In this document: one piece after another, positions 48,738 to 58,057 of the stretch
How positions within the stretch are numbered: position 1 is the stretch's first letter
How the letters are laid out: each line of letters begins with the position of its first letter
Assembly (NCBI GenBank): GCA_964609585.1
Contig: CAZSRA010000006.1
Location: forward strand, 3,184-67,183
DNA: 64,000 nt
Origin: an uncultured Candidatus Saccharimonadales bacterium
GTDB lineage: Bacteria; Patescibacteriota; Saccharimonadia; UBA4664
Direction: 5' to 3'
The notes under the pieces: model-generated
What the model was told of the DNA's origin: nothing
Database searches by the model: none
What the model saw: only the letters and a program-made list of their open reading frames with translations
Position numbers and translations under genes: made by a program

Positions 48738-49949
48738 ATGAGTAAGGAAAAAGAAATCGTAGTATCGGTTGATAAAGTAGGTAAGGTTTTTCGCATCCCT
48801 CATGAGCGGCACAATTCACTTAAATCGTCGTTTTTGAAGGGTCTGCGCAATCGGGGCTATCGACGCTTTGAGGCTATTGAAGAAGTGAGTTTCGACATCC
48901 GAGCCGGCGAGTTTTTTGGCATTATTGGTCAGAATGGCAGTGGCAAAAGTACTTTGCTGAAGATTTTGGCCGGTATCTATACTCCAAGCAAGGGAAAGGT
49001 GCACATTAACGGGCGGCTTTCACCCTTCATTGAGCTTGGAGTGGGCTTTAATCCCGAACTCACGGCGGCGGAAAATATTTATCTCAATGGTGCCATCTTG
49101 GGGTTAACGCGACCCGAAATAGAGGCAAAATTTGACGAGATTATTCAGTTTGCCGAGCTTGAAGAATTTGTGGACCAAAAATTAAAGAACTTTTCTTCGG
49201 GCATGTTGGTGCGACTGGCGTTTTCGGTAGCCATTCGTGCTCACGCAGATATTTTACTCATTGACGAAGTGCTGGCGGTGGGAGACTCGAACTTCCAACA
49301 AAAGTGCTACGACGTTTTCCGGAGGCTCAAGGCTGAAGGCCGGACGATTATTTTTGTGAGCCATGATTTGGCTTCGATTAGCGAGTTTTCGGACCGCGTC
49401 TTGCTTTTGAACAAAGGCCGCGCATACGGAATATTTAGTGCCAGTAAGGCGATTGCCAAATATTCTTTGCTAAATCAAGAGCGCACCACAAAGGAGCTGG
49501 AAAAGCTCGGGAACTTAGTGGAAGGTGGTAAGCAAAGCGAAAGACCTCATGCCGCCAAGCTGGAACTGCTCGATGAACACGGAAATAAGACGCGCGTAGT
49601 GGAGCGCGATCACCCTTTGCGCGCACGCATTACGGTTTCGAACCCCTCCAAGCTGCCGCTGGCCGTAGGACTCGCCATCTATCGTATCGCTGACGGATTT
49701 TATTGTTTTGGAACCAATACGGGGGTCGATAAAATTACCCTCAAACCCGAGACCACTCAAGTAATTGAGCTTCTCTACCCGTCACTACCACTTCAGAGAG
49801 GAACCTACGATCTAACCGTTGGGATCTTTGACCCGAAGCTGCGCGAAGTGTATGAAATGACGGAACATGTTTTGGACTTTCAGGTAGTTCAAACGGATGG
49901 CACCGAGGGTATCACCTACATTGAGCATTCTTGGGAACAGAATAAATAG
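48738..49949 (+). CDS. wzt: ABC polysaccharide exporter ATP-binding protein with a C-terminal extension of about 150 aa (Wzt/TagH-like)
   Basis: Walker A GQNGSGKST, signature FSSGMLVRL, Walker B LLIDEVLAVGD, plus a beta-rich C-terminal domain. The start ATG is 2 nt after the wzm stop. Confidence 0.8.
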   Translation: MSKEKEIVVSVDKVGKVFRIPHERHNSLKSSFLKGLRNRGYRRFEAIEEVSFDIRAGEFFGIIGQNGSGKSTLLKILAGIYTPSKGKVHINGRLSPFIELGVGFNPELTAAENIYLNGAILGLTRPEIEAKFDEIIQFAELEEFVDQKLKNFSSGMLVRLAFSVAIRAHADILLIDEVLAVGDSNFQQKCYDVFRRLKAEGRTIIFVSHDLASISEFSDRVLLLNKGRAYGIFSASKAIAKYSLLNQERTTKELEKLGNLVEGGKQSERPHAAKLELLDEHGNKTRVVERDHPLRARITVSNPSKLPLAVGLAIYRIADGFYCFGTNTGVDKITLKPETTQVIELLYPSLPLQRGTYDLTVGIFDPKLREVYEMTEHVLDFQVVQTDGTEGITYIEHSWEQNK

Positions 49950-49951
49950 CC

Positions 49952-50917
49952 ATGAAGGCTACCATTGTTGTTTTGACGTTTAACGCCGCACCGTGGATTC
50001 GGGCCTTACTGGAGGGTTGTGAGCGGCAGAAGGCTTCGTTTGCCTATGAGGTGCTGGTTATCGATTCAGGATCGGTAGATGGAACCCTAGACATCATTAA
50101 AGAATTTTCGGCGGTACGGCTTCACCAGATACCAAACTCCGAATTTGGCCATGGAAAAACGCGCAACCTAGGGGCAAAATTAGCCAAGGGCGAGTTTGTG
50201 GTTTATTTGACACACGATGCAGTGCCGGCCACCGAACATTGGCTTGAAGAGATGGTACGTCCCTTTGATTTGAACCCAAAGGTGATGGCAGTCTTCGGCA
50301 AGCAAATACCGCGCCCAGATTGCTGTCCAACAGTGAAACGAGATGTAATTGGACTATTTTCGACCTTTGGGCCAGATCATTTCACGATGGTGCAGCAGGC
50401 GAACCCAACCATTACCGACCAGGCCTCGCGGGATGCCATTGGCTTCTATTCGGACGTGAATTCGGCCACGCGGCGGGACTTTATTTTAAATCTCGTCCCC
50501 TACCAGGACCTTGATTATGCTGAGGATCAGGCTTTTGGCGGGGATGTGATCGAGGGTGGTTACATTAAGGTGTATGCTCCGCTCGGGGCCGTGATTCATT
50601 CGCATAGCTACCCGCCACTTAAATATCTGCGCCGAATGTACGATGAAATGGTGGGCCTCAAAAAGGCTACGGGACAAACGCTCGATACTTCGCTGCGCTT
50701 TCATGTTGCTTGGACGTTGAAAGCTACTTTGAAGGACTGGAGATTTATTCTGCGCGATCCAGCCTACCGGACCAAAACCAAGCTGAAGTACTTGTTCCAG
50801 GCACCGTTTTATAACATTTTTCGCCGCCTCGCCATACGTCTTTCGGTACGAAAGCAGATTCCGGGCTGGGCACACAGACTATTATCTCTAGAGGAACAAG
50901 CGAGAAGTAAAACGTAA
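49952..50917 (+). CDS. GT2-family glycosyltransferase
   Basis: ATIVVLTFNAAPWI, VIDSGSVDGT. Confidence 0.7.
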   Translation: MKATIVVLTFNAAPWIRALLEGCERQKASFAYEVLVIDSGSVDGTLDIIKEFSAVRLHQIPNSEFGHGKTRNLGAKLAKGEFVVYLTHDAVPATEHWLEEMVRPFDLNPKVMAVFGKQIPRPDCCPTVKRDVIGLFSTFGPDHFTMVQQANPTITDQASRDAIGFYSDVNSATRRDFILNLVPYQDLDYAEDQAFGGDVIEGGYIKVYAPLGAVIHSHSYPPLKYLRRMYDEMVGLKKATGQTLDTSLRFHVAWTLKATLKDWRFILRDPAYRTKTKLKYLFQAPFYNIFRRLAIRLSVRKQIPGWAHRLLSLEEQARSKT

Positions 50918-51990
50918 TGAAGATCGTGGTCGTAGTCCCCAACTGGAACGGCATCGACATGATTGAAGAATGCCTTCGTTCGCTAGAGGCCCAGACTATC
51001 GAACATGCGGTGATTGTCGTAGACAACGGCTCAACCGATGGCTCAAATAGCCTTATACACCACAAATTTCCGCACGTGGAATTGCTTGAGTTTTCGGACA
51101 ATGCCGGATTTGCGGGCGGAGTAAACCGCGGAATTCGTCCAGCACTGGAGCGTGGTGTTGATTATATAGCCCTCTTAAATAATGATGCCGTGGCGGATTC
51201 ACGGTGGCTAGAATCTCTCGTTGGCGCACTGGAATCAGAACCCAAGGCGGGTGCCGTGGCAGCAAAAATTCAAACTCAGGACGGCAAACGCCTGGACTCG
51301 ACTGGGGACTTTTATTCAATCTGGGGGCTACCATTTCCGCGGGGCCGCGGCGAGGTTGATGGTGGTCAGTATGATTCCGCTGGGAGTCGGGAGGTATTTG
51401 CTGTTTCGGGAGGGGCGAGCCTGTACCGAGCAGAGATGTTACGGCAAATTGGACTATTTGATGAACTGTTTTTTGCCTACTACGAAGACGTCGATCTGGG
51501 ATTTCGAGCTCAACTTGCGGGCTGGAAAATGATTTATGAACCGAAGGCCGTGGTGAGGCATTACATTGGCGGGACGAGCTCGCGAATCGATGAATACCAA
51601 GAGGGGGAGGACGAGACAACGAAGCCCCGTCCTCAAGACCCAGACCAGAATCGGCCCAGCCCATTTGCCCGCTATCATTCAGTTAAGAATTTTACCTACA
51701 TTTATACCAAAAACATGCCCGGATGGTTGTACTGGAAATATTTGCCTAGATTTTTGACAAGCTGGGGATTGATGATGGCGAGTGATACTCGACGAGGGCT
51801 TATCGTTACCAACCTTAAGGCCAATGGCACGGCTCTTGCCCACGTTGCGGCAATGTTTTTGAAGCGGCGAGCAATACAGAAGGGTCGCAAGATGTCGACT
51901 AGCTACATTGACGGGATTTTGTATCACGCATTCCCGCCCCTTCAGCGCAAGCGTTTTGAAGAAATGGGATTTAGGGGGCAGGCAAAATGA
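50917..51990 (+). CDS. GT2-family glycosyltransferase
   Basis: VVVPNWNG, VDNGSTDGS, LNNDAV (DxD-like). Confidence 0.75.
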   Translation: MKIVVVVPNWNGIDMIEECLRSLEAQTIEHAVIVVDNGSTDGSNSLIHHKFPHVELLEFSDNAGFAGGVNRGIRPALERGVDYIALLNNDAVADSRWLESLVGALESEPKAGAVAAKIQTQDGKRLDSTGDFYSIWGLPFPRGRGEVDGGQYDSAGSREVFAVSGGASLYRAEMLRQIGLFDELFFAYYEDVDLGFRAQLAGWKMIYEPKAVVRHYIGGTSSRIDEYQEGEDETTKPRPQDPDQNRPSPFARYHSVKNFTYIYTKNMPGWLYWKYLPRFLTSWGLMMASDTRRGLIVTNLKANGTALAHVAAMFLKRRAIQKGRKMSTSYIDGILYHAFPPLQRKRFEEMGFRGQAK

Positions 51991-53096
51991 GGGTCATAAT
52001 CGACGCGCGAATGCTGTACTGGACGGGCGTGGGACGGTACACAAAGGCGCTGCTAGATGAACTAGAGCACATTGACCACGACAACGAGTATTTCGTGTTG
52101 ATGCGTAGAGCGGATTTTTCTTTGTGGAAGCCCTCGGCGGCTAATTTTAAGCGAATGGAGGTGAATGTTAACCCCTATACTTTCGCGGAGCAGTGGGGTC
52201 TTTACTGGAAGCTGCGCTCGCTTAAGCCGGATTTGGTGCATTTTACGGCACCGAACGCGCCGATGCTGTATCGTAGGCGACGCCTGGTGACGATACATGA
52301 TTTAACGCTACTGGATTTTAATACGAGTCGCGGCAGTGGTTTTGCCAAGTGGTTGCGTGGCCTTAAGCGACTCCCCTTTCGGCTGGTGCTTTGGAATGAC
52401 GTGCGATCGGCGGACGGCATTATGACCGTAACGGAGTATGTGAAGAGGCGGCTTGTCCGAAGATTTGGGACGACGGACGCGAAAATCCACACTTCACTGC
52501 TGGCTGCGGATAAAAATGCGGCAAACCCTGAATCCGTAAAGCGAATGGGTGATTTAGGTGAATATATTTTCTATGTCGGGAATGTTTACCCCTATAAGAA
52601 TGTGGGCTCAACGATTCGAGCCTTGGCCGAGCTTAGGTCGATGCGGCCGAAGTTGAGCTTGGTGATAGCCGGGAAACGAGATGCCTTTACTCGCGATTTG
52701 GAGCTGTTGGCTGATAAATTGGGACTAGCCGGTGCGGTGAAATTTGTGGGTTTTGTGAGCGACGGTGAACTTGTAAATTTGTATAAAGGGGCCGCTGTGT
52801 ACGTAAATCCATCACTATCTGAGGGGTTCGGGCTTCAGGGGCTTGAAGCGATGACACAGGAGGTGCCCGTAGTAAGCTCGAGTGCGACCTGTCTGCCGGA
52901 AGTCTATGGAGATGCTGCGGAGTATTTTGATCCGCTGGATGTGGCCGATCAGGTAAAAGCGATCGCGCGAGTGTTGAACGATGCTAAATTTGCAGATAAT
53001 TTGATAAAGGCGGGGCGGGCTCGAGTGAAGTCATTTTCGTGGCGCAGAATGGCTGAGCAGACGCTTGCGGTCTACCGCGAGATAGAGAAGGGATAG
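51987..53096 (+). CDS. GT4-family glycosyltransferase
   Basis: E-x7-E motif SEGFGLQGLEAM and GT-B architecture. Confidence 0.75.
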   Translation: MRVIIDARMLYWTGVGRYTKALLDELEHIDHDNEYFVLMRRADFSLWKPSAANFKRMEVNVNPYTFAEQWGLYWKLRSLKPDLVHFTAPNAPMLYRRRRLVTIHDLTLLDFNTSRGSGFAKWLRGLKRLPFRLVLWNDVRSADGIMTVTEYVKRRLVRRFGTTDAKIHTSLLAADKNAANPESVKRMGDLGEYIFYVGNVYPYKNVGSTIRALAELRSMRPKLSLVIAGKRDAFTRDLELLADKLGLAGAVKFVGFVSDGELVNLYKGAAVYVNPSLSEGFGLQGLEAMTQEVPVVSSSATCLPEVYGDAAEYFDPLDVADQVKAIARVLNDAKFADNLIKAGRARVKSFSWRRMAEQTLAVYREIEKG

Positions 53097-53109
53097 GTCG
53101 TTCGTTTTT

Positions 53110-53565
53110 CTAAGCCGCGGGTTTGACGACGATGCGGCGATCGTGACCGTCGCCGCGAGATTCGGTTTCGACGCCATCGATTTCTCGCAGAGTCATATGC
53201 ACGATGCGACGATCGGCAGGATTCATGGGCTTGAGCTCTTCTTCGGTACCGGATTCCTTGACCCGGGCGGCTATCTCGCGGGCGAGCTCTTCGAGCGATT
53301 GGCGCTGAGCCTCTTTGTAGCCAGCAATGTCAACTAAGACGCGCGGAGCTAGGGTGTCGTGAGCTTTTACCATTTGGTTGAGGATGTATTCAATTGCGCG
53401 GAGAGTATCACCGTGATGACCAATGAGACGCGGGCTAGAGGGCGTGTGATCGATGTTTAACTGAATTCCATCGTCGGTGACATCGGCAGTCGCCTCAACG
53501 TTGACACCAAAGAAGGAGACGAGCTCCTCAAGGCGTAGCTTGGCAAATTCGAGGGTATCACTCAT
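53110..53565 (-). CDS. jag: Jag/SpoIIIJ-associated RNA-binding protein (KH plus R3H)
   Basis: C-terminal R3H motif ...NPADRRIVHMTLREIDGVETESRGDG... and its position immediately downstream of yidC. Confidence 0.75.
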   Translation of the reverse strand: MSDTLEFAKLRLEELVSFFGVNVEATADVTDDGIQLNIDHTPSSPRLIGHHGDTLRAIEYILNQMVKAHDTLAPRVLVDIAGYKEAQRQSLEELAREIAARVKESGTEEELKPMNPADRRIVHMTLREIDGVETESRGDGHDRRIVVKPAA

Positions 53566-54350
53566 TTTTTCTTCCTCTTTCCCTTACCTTTGGTGCGACT
53601 TGAGCCTGGAAGAGTTGCGGGGGTGGGAGTGCCATCTTCGAGCTCGCGGACGTCGCGCTTTAGCACGAGGTATTGTTGAAGCACGGCCATGCCACTAGCC
53701 GTAAACCAGTACAGGGGCAGCGCCGAGGGTAGCGACAAACCGATGAAGAAGGTGAGAGCGGGAAATACATAGGTCATGCCGGCCATCATTTGAGCCTGAG
53801 CGTCGCCACCCTGATTTTTGGGGGTAATTTGCTTGGTTTGAACGAACTGGGCGCCGCCGGCGAGAACTGCAAGCAGCGGGGACGGCTTCGTGAGGTCGAT
53901 TACACTCAGTAGAGTGGGCTTAAAATGAGCGTGACTCTTAATGATATCGGCAATGGGCCCCAGGGCCTTTATGGGTGCGTAGGCGATATTTGCGATTTCA
54001 CCCGGCTTTACGATGTCTTTTAACACAATAAAGAGGGCGAAGAAGATCGGGAGCTGGATCAATAAGGGCAAAAAGGAGGCGAAAGGATTGATTTCACGCT
54101 CTTTGTAGAGCTCCATGGTGAGTTTACCTTCGAGGGTTTTGTCGCCAGCAGCCTGGGATTTGATGCGCTTGAGTTCGGGCTGCAGCTCCTGGAGGGCTCG
54201 CTGGGAATGGAGTTGGCGCGTGACGAGAGGCCACAAGAGACCACGAATGACAATTGTGAGGAGAACAATCGCGAGGCCAAAATCATGAACGAGAGCATAA
54301 AGGGCAGCGAGCAAATTGAAAATGGGGTGGACGAGAATGGTGTTAAACAT
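53562..54350 (-). CDS. yidC: membrane protein insertase YidC/Oxa1 (short Gram-positive type)
   Basis: 262 aa with five TM helices, a conserved first-helix Arg, and a basic C-terminal tail (KGKGKRKKK). Confidence 0.85.
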   Translation of the reverse strand: MFNTILVHPIFNLLAALYALVHDFGLAIVLLTIVIRGLLWPLVTRQLHSQRALQELQPELKRIKSQAAGDKTLEGKLTMELYKEREINPFASFLPLLIQLPIFFALFIVLKDIVKPGEIANIAYAPIKALGPIADIIKSHAHFKPTLLSVIDLTKPSPLLAVLAGGAQFVQTKQITPKNQGGDAQAQMMAGMTYVFPALTFFIGLSLPSALPLYWFTASGMAVLQQYLVLKRDVRELEDGTPTPATLPGSSRTKGKGKRKKK

Positions 54351-54377
54351 GGATTATGAAGCTCCCGAAAACAATTT

Positions 54378-54725
54378 TTAACTCTTGGTGATGCCGGCGC
54401 GGGCAAAAGCCCTAGTGAGGTGCTCCTTTAGGGTGGGAGATGGGAGCTCACTGATGTCGGTGTGAACACTTACTACTATATCGTAACCTGGCGCGACTGT
54501 CTCCAGGCTGGCGGCGAGTAGACCAAGAATGCGCCTGCGGATACGATTACGAACAACGGCTCGTTTGCTAACTTTTTTGCCGACCACAACGACAATACGG
54601 GAACCTGAGCGGCCGGTGGGTGCGGCCTTGACGGACAGCACGCCACTCGACCCACCATATGCTCCTCGCTTGTAAACACGAGCAATATCGCCGGCAGAGC
54701 GCAGACGATTTGCTCGCCCTAGCAC
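54378..54725 (-). CDS. rnpA: ribonuclease P protein component
   Basis: RNR motif KKVSKRAVVRNRIRRRI, 115 aa, located between rpmH and yidC. Confidence 0.8.
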   Translation of the reverse strand: MLGRANRLRSAGDIARVYKRGAYGGSSGVLSVKAAPTGRSGSRIVVVVGKKVSKRAVVRNRIRRRILGLLAASLETVAPGYDIVVSVHTDISELPSPTLKEHLTRAFARAGITKS

Positions 54726-54728
54726 GAG

Positions 54729-54866
54729 ACTAGATCGCGACGCGGGCGCGGCCCTTGAGGCGGCGGCGCTTTAATACGAGCTGGCCAGCACGAGTAGCCA
54801 TGCGTTGAATAAACCCATGAACTCGTTGGCGGCGGCGTTTCTTTGGCTGGTACGTTCGCTTTGACA
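54729..54866 (-). CDS. rpmH: 50S ribosomal protein L34
   Basis: 45-codon ORF below the 60 aa track cutoff. Translation [45 protein letters not shown] fits the L34 consensus. Its stop lies 3 nt before the rnpA start. Confidence 0.85.
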
Positions 54867-55228
54867 TAACTTGGGTACTTTACACTATCTGGGGGCGGGG
54901 GTCAATGACTTGGAGCTTTCTGCTTTTGGCCGTTCGATAACTCCCGGTGGGTCGTTCACGAACTCGTCCTCTTTGCTGAGTGGGTGTTTAGCGTGTCTGG
55001 CGCTCACTTCCCCGCCAGGAGTTATCTGCACTGCGACACCCATCGCGTAACAGCAGCGAGTTTGTCCCAGGCTTTTCCCCATATTTATGTGGAGTTTTCC
55101 ACCGATTCTCTATCTGTTGAGAGAGTTTTCTGTGCATAAAGGAGCGCTTATCCCGGCAGTCCAGATTGGCGTTGTGGAAAAGGCTCGTGCTCTTTATGAT
55201 AGGTGTAACGTTAGGAGTTCGAAGAGGC

Positions 55229-56644
55229 ATGAATGATGTGAAGGGGATGTGGCAATCCGTGCTCGGTGAGCTGGAGGTTTCCATTACGGGGGCGAATTTT
55301 AATACCTGGTTTAGGCAGACATCCATTCTCTCGAATGAGGGTGGTTATGTGGTGATCGCGGTGCCAAACGTAATCACGAAGCAGTGGCTCGAAAAGAAGT
55401 TTCACGCCAACATTAAGGAAGCGCTGGTGCGAGCCGACCGGAGCATTCATACAGTTCAGTACAAGGTCGGCAGCGGCACAGCAAGTGAGAAGCCCTTGGC
55501 GCAAGCTTCGGGCGCACTCACGGCCAAGAAGCCGTCGGGAACCCGGAGCGGTGAGGCGGGAGCGGGTACACCCCCAAGGCAAACCTCACTTCCGACGGCC
55601 CCCGTGAATCATTCGAATTTAAATCCGCGTTATACTTTCGAGAGTTTTGTGGTGGGGTCGAGCAACGACTTTGCTCACGCCGCTTGCCAAGCGGTGGCGA
55701 AGAGCCCGGGCACGAAATATAATCCCCTCTTTATGTATGGCGGGACGGGACTCGGAAAAACCCACCTGATGCAGGCGGTAGGTAACGCGATCATTAAGCA
55801 CGATCCAAGCAAGCGGATCGAGTATGTGACGAGTGAGACGTTTACGAATGAGTTTATCTCGGGAATCATGAAGAAAAAGGCGGGAGCGTTTGCCGAAAAA
55901 TATCGGGCGGTGGATGTGCTGATCATTGATGATATTCAATTTTTGGCCCGAGCCGAGAAGACGCAGGATGAATTCTTCCATACATTTAACGCTCTGCATC
56001 AGGCGAATAAGCAAATTATTATCTCGAGCGATAAGCCGCCACAGGCACTAATGGGCTTAGAAGAACGGCTGCGAAGCCGGTTTGAAATGGGCATTACCGT
56101 GGATATTCAGCCCCCCGATCTGGAAACGCGGCAGGCGATTATTCAGAATAAAGCTCAGAGCCAGGGAATCGTACTACCCCTAGAGGTGGTGGACTATATC
56201 GCCCGGCACGCTCAAAGCAATGTGCGGGAGCTGGAAGGGATTTTAACCAAGATTGCCGCGGCCACAGAGCACCAGGGCGGTGAAGTGAGCTTGGCCCGGA
56301 TTCAGCATCTGCTAGCGGTGGACGTGGCGGCCAGGCCAAAGCTGCGGCCGATTTCGCCGAAAGTGATCATTGAGCGGGTGGCGGCGTATTTCGACCTACA
56401 GGTGAGTGAGATTTGCGGGTCAAAGCGAGACAAGGAGATCGTAGTGCCCAGACAGGTAACTATGTACCTCTTGCGAGAGGAGCTGGGACTGAGCTACCCG
56501 AAGATTGCGGCGGCCATTGGTGGGCGCGATCATACTACGGCAATGCACTCGGTGACAAAGATCGAGAAGCTCGTGGAGACGGACGACAATTTACGCAGCG
56601 ATATTCTGGCGATTCGCGAGAGGCTAAATGCGGTTTCGGTTTAG
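55229..56644 (+). CDS. dnaA: chromosomal replication initiator protein DnaA
   Basis: AAA+ Walker A GGTGLGKTHL, Walker B LIIDDIQF, sensor motifs, and a C-terminal DNA-binding domain (VTMYLLREELGLSYPKIAAAIGGRDHTTAMH). The track ORF starts at 55166. A start at MNDVKGMW (55229) after AGGAG seems more likely. Confidence 0.95.
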   Translation: MNDVKGMWQSVLGELEVSITGANFNTWFRQTSILSNEGGYVVIAVPNVITKQWLEKKFHANIKEALVRADRSIHTVQYKVGSGTASEKPLAQASGALTAKKPSGTRSGEAGAGTPPRQTSLPTAPVNHSNLNPRYTFESFVVGSSNDFAHAACQAVAKSPGTKYNPLFMYGGTGLGKTHLMQAVGNAIIKHDPSKRIEYVTSETFTNEFISGIMKKKAGAFAEKYRAVDVLIIDDIQFLARAEKTQDEFFHTFNALHQANKQIIISSDKPPQALMGLEERLRSRFEMGITVDIQPPDLETRQAIIQNKAQSQGIVLPLEVVDYIARHAQSNVRELEGILTKIAAATEHQGGEVSLARIQHLLAVDVAARPKLRPISPKVIIERVAAYFDLQVSEICGSKRDKEIVVPRQVTMYLLREELGLSYPKIAAAIGGRDHTTAMHSVTKIEKLVETDDNLRSDILAIRERLNAVSV

Positions 56645-56937
56645 CGTAAGTGTTATCCCCATGGGGGGATAAGTCGTGTGGATAAGGGGGTGGATGGAGT
56701 GTTGGAAAATGACGGATTTCGAAGGGTAATCCCCAGGGGTATGGCCGACCGTCCACAGAGCATCCACGATTCATCCCCACAAGTAGACACAGGTTTTCCC
56801 CGGAAAGGACAAGCAGTTTGCTTCAAGAGGGAGCCAAAAAACGACTTTTACCCAGTTTGCACAGGTCTTATGATTACTACGATTACTTTTAATTAATATA
56901 TGTATACTGAAGAAAGACGGATAAGGGGAGGATAAGT
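56645..56937. promoter_or_regulatory. candidate oriC: DnaA-box cluster plus AT-rich unwinding element in the dnaA-dnaN intergenic region
   Basis: Perfect box TGTGGATAA (56676-56684) and near-matches GTTATCCCCA, GGGGATAAG, CATCCACGA, TCATCCCCACA, ACGGATAAGG, GAGGATAAG. An AT-rich TTACTTTTAATTAATATATGTATACT lies just before dnaN. More degenerate boxes occur upstream of dnaA (55000-55200). Confidence 0.6.
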
Positions 56938-58047
56938 TTGAAGCTCAGTTTAACCCAGGAAAATTTATCGCGAGCGCTTAGTAGTGTGGGTCGAGTGGTG
57001 TCGACACGAGCAAGCCTACCGGTGCTGTCCAACATCTTGCTAGCGACCGACGGGAATCGTTTGCGGCTTTCGGCGACTAACCTTGAGATCGGCATTAACT
57101 ACTGGATTGGTTCAAGGGTGGAGGCTCAAGGGTCACTAACGGTCCCGGCTCGCCTCTTCGCTGAGTTTGTGTCGAGTCTGCCTCATGGGAACATTGATCT
57201 TTCGGGGGTAGATAGTGTGCTGACGATAAAAACGCCGCACTACGAGTCGAAGATTAATGGCATCTCAGCCGAAGAGTTTCCTTCGATACCGACGGTGTCG
57301 AGTGATCCCGTGCTCGTACTTCCGGCCGGCACTTTCCGTGATGGGTTGGCCCAAGTAGTGGTGGCGGCTTCTGCCGACGAGGCGCGGCCCGTTTTGGCGG
57401 GAGTTTATCTGTACATTGAAGAGGGCGCGCTTTTTATGGTGGCTACCGATTCGTACCGGTTGGCCGAGAAGCGTTTGGAGCTGTCTGGTGATGTTCCGGA
57501 GGCGTTTTCGGTACTGGTGCCGGCTCGCACGATTCAGGAGCTTGTGAAGCTTCTGGGCGACTCTGAGGGCGAGGTGGAAGTGTATGTGGATGAGAATCAG
57601 GTGATGTTTCGGACGGGTGATGTGGAGCTGGTGTCGCGGTTGATCGAAGGGCAATTCCCCTCTTACCGGCGGATTATTCCCGAGCATGCTGAGACGTCCT
57701 TTGATATTGCGACGGCAGAGCTGGCGCGGATTACGAAGGTGGCGAGCTTGTTTGCGCGCGAAAGTGCGGGGAGTGTGCGGCTTGAGATTAAGGCCGAGGG
57801 CGAAGTGAGTGTGGTGTCGAATGACTCGGAAGTGGGGGGCAATACGTCGTCTGCGGAGTGTGAGGTGGCGGGTGGAGACGGGGAAATTTCTCTGAACGCC
57901 CGGTATTTGACGGATGCGTTGGCTGCGATGAAGTGTCCGAGCGTGACGGTAGCAATTACCGACAAGCTGAGTCCGTGCGTGATTTCGCCGGGTGGTGAGG
58001 ATGCAGCGGACGACTACATTCACATTGTGATGCCGCTGCGGACGTAG
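56938..58047 (+). CDS. dnaN: DNA polymerase III beta sliding clamp
   Basis: Three-domain beta clamp (MKLSLTQENLSRAL... to ...VMPLRT), 369 aa, TTG start, position after dnaA. Confidence 0.9.
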   Translation: MKLSLTQENLSRALSSVGRVVSTRASLPVLSNILLATDGNRLRLSATNLEIGINYWIGSRVEAQGSLTVPARLFAEFVSSLPHGNIDLSGVDSVLTIKTPHYESKINGISAEEFPSIPTVSSDPVLVLPAGTFRDGLAQVVVAASADEARPVLAGVYLYIEEGALFMVATDSYRLAEKRLELSGDVPEAFSVLVPARTIQELVKLLGDSEGEVEVYVDENQVMFRTGDVELVSRLIEGQFPSYRRIIPEHAETSFDIATAELARITKVASLFARESAGSVRLEIKAEGEVSVVSNDSEVGGNTSSAECEVAGGDGEISLNARYLTDALAAMKCPSVTVAITDKLSPCVISPGGEDAADDYIHIVMPLRT

Positions 58048-58057
58048 CTTTTATTGC

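Noticed and set aside
54351-54377. Expected yidD between rnpA and yidC
   Set aside because: Only 27 nt separate the two genes. No small ORF fits, so yidD is absent here or located elsewhere.
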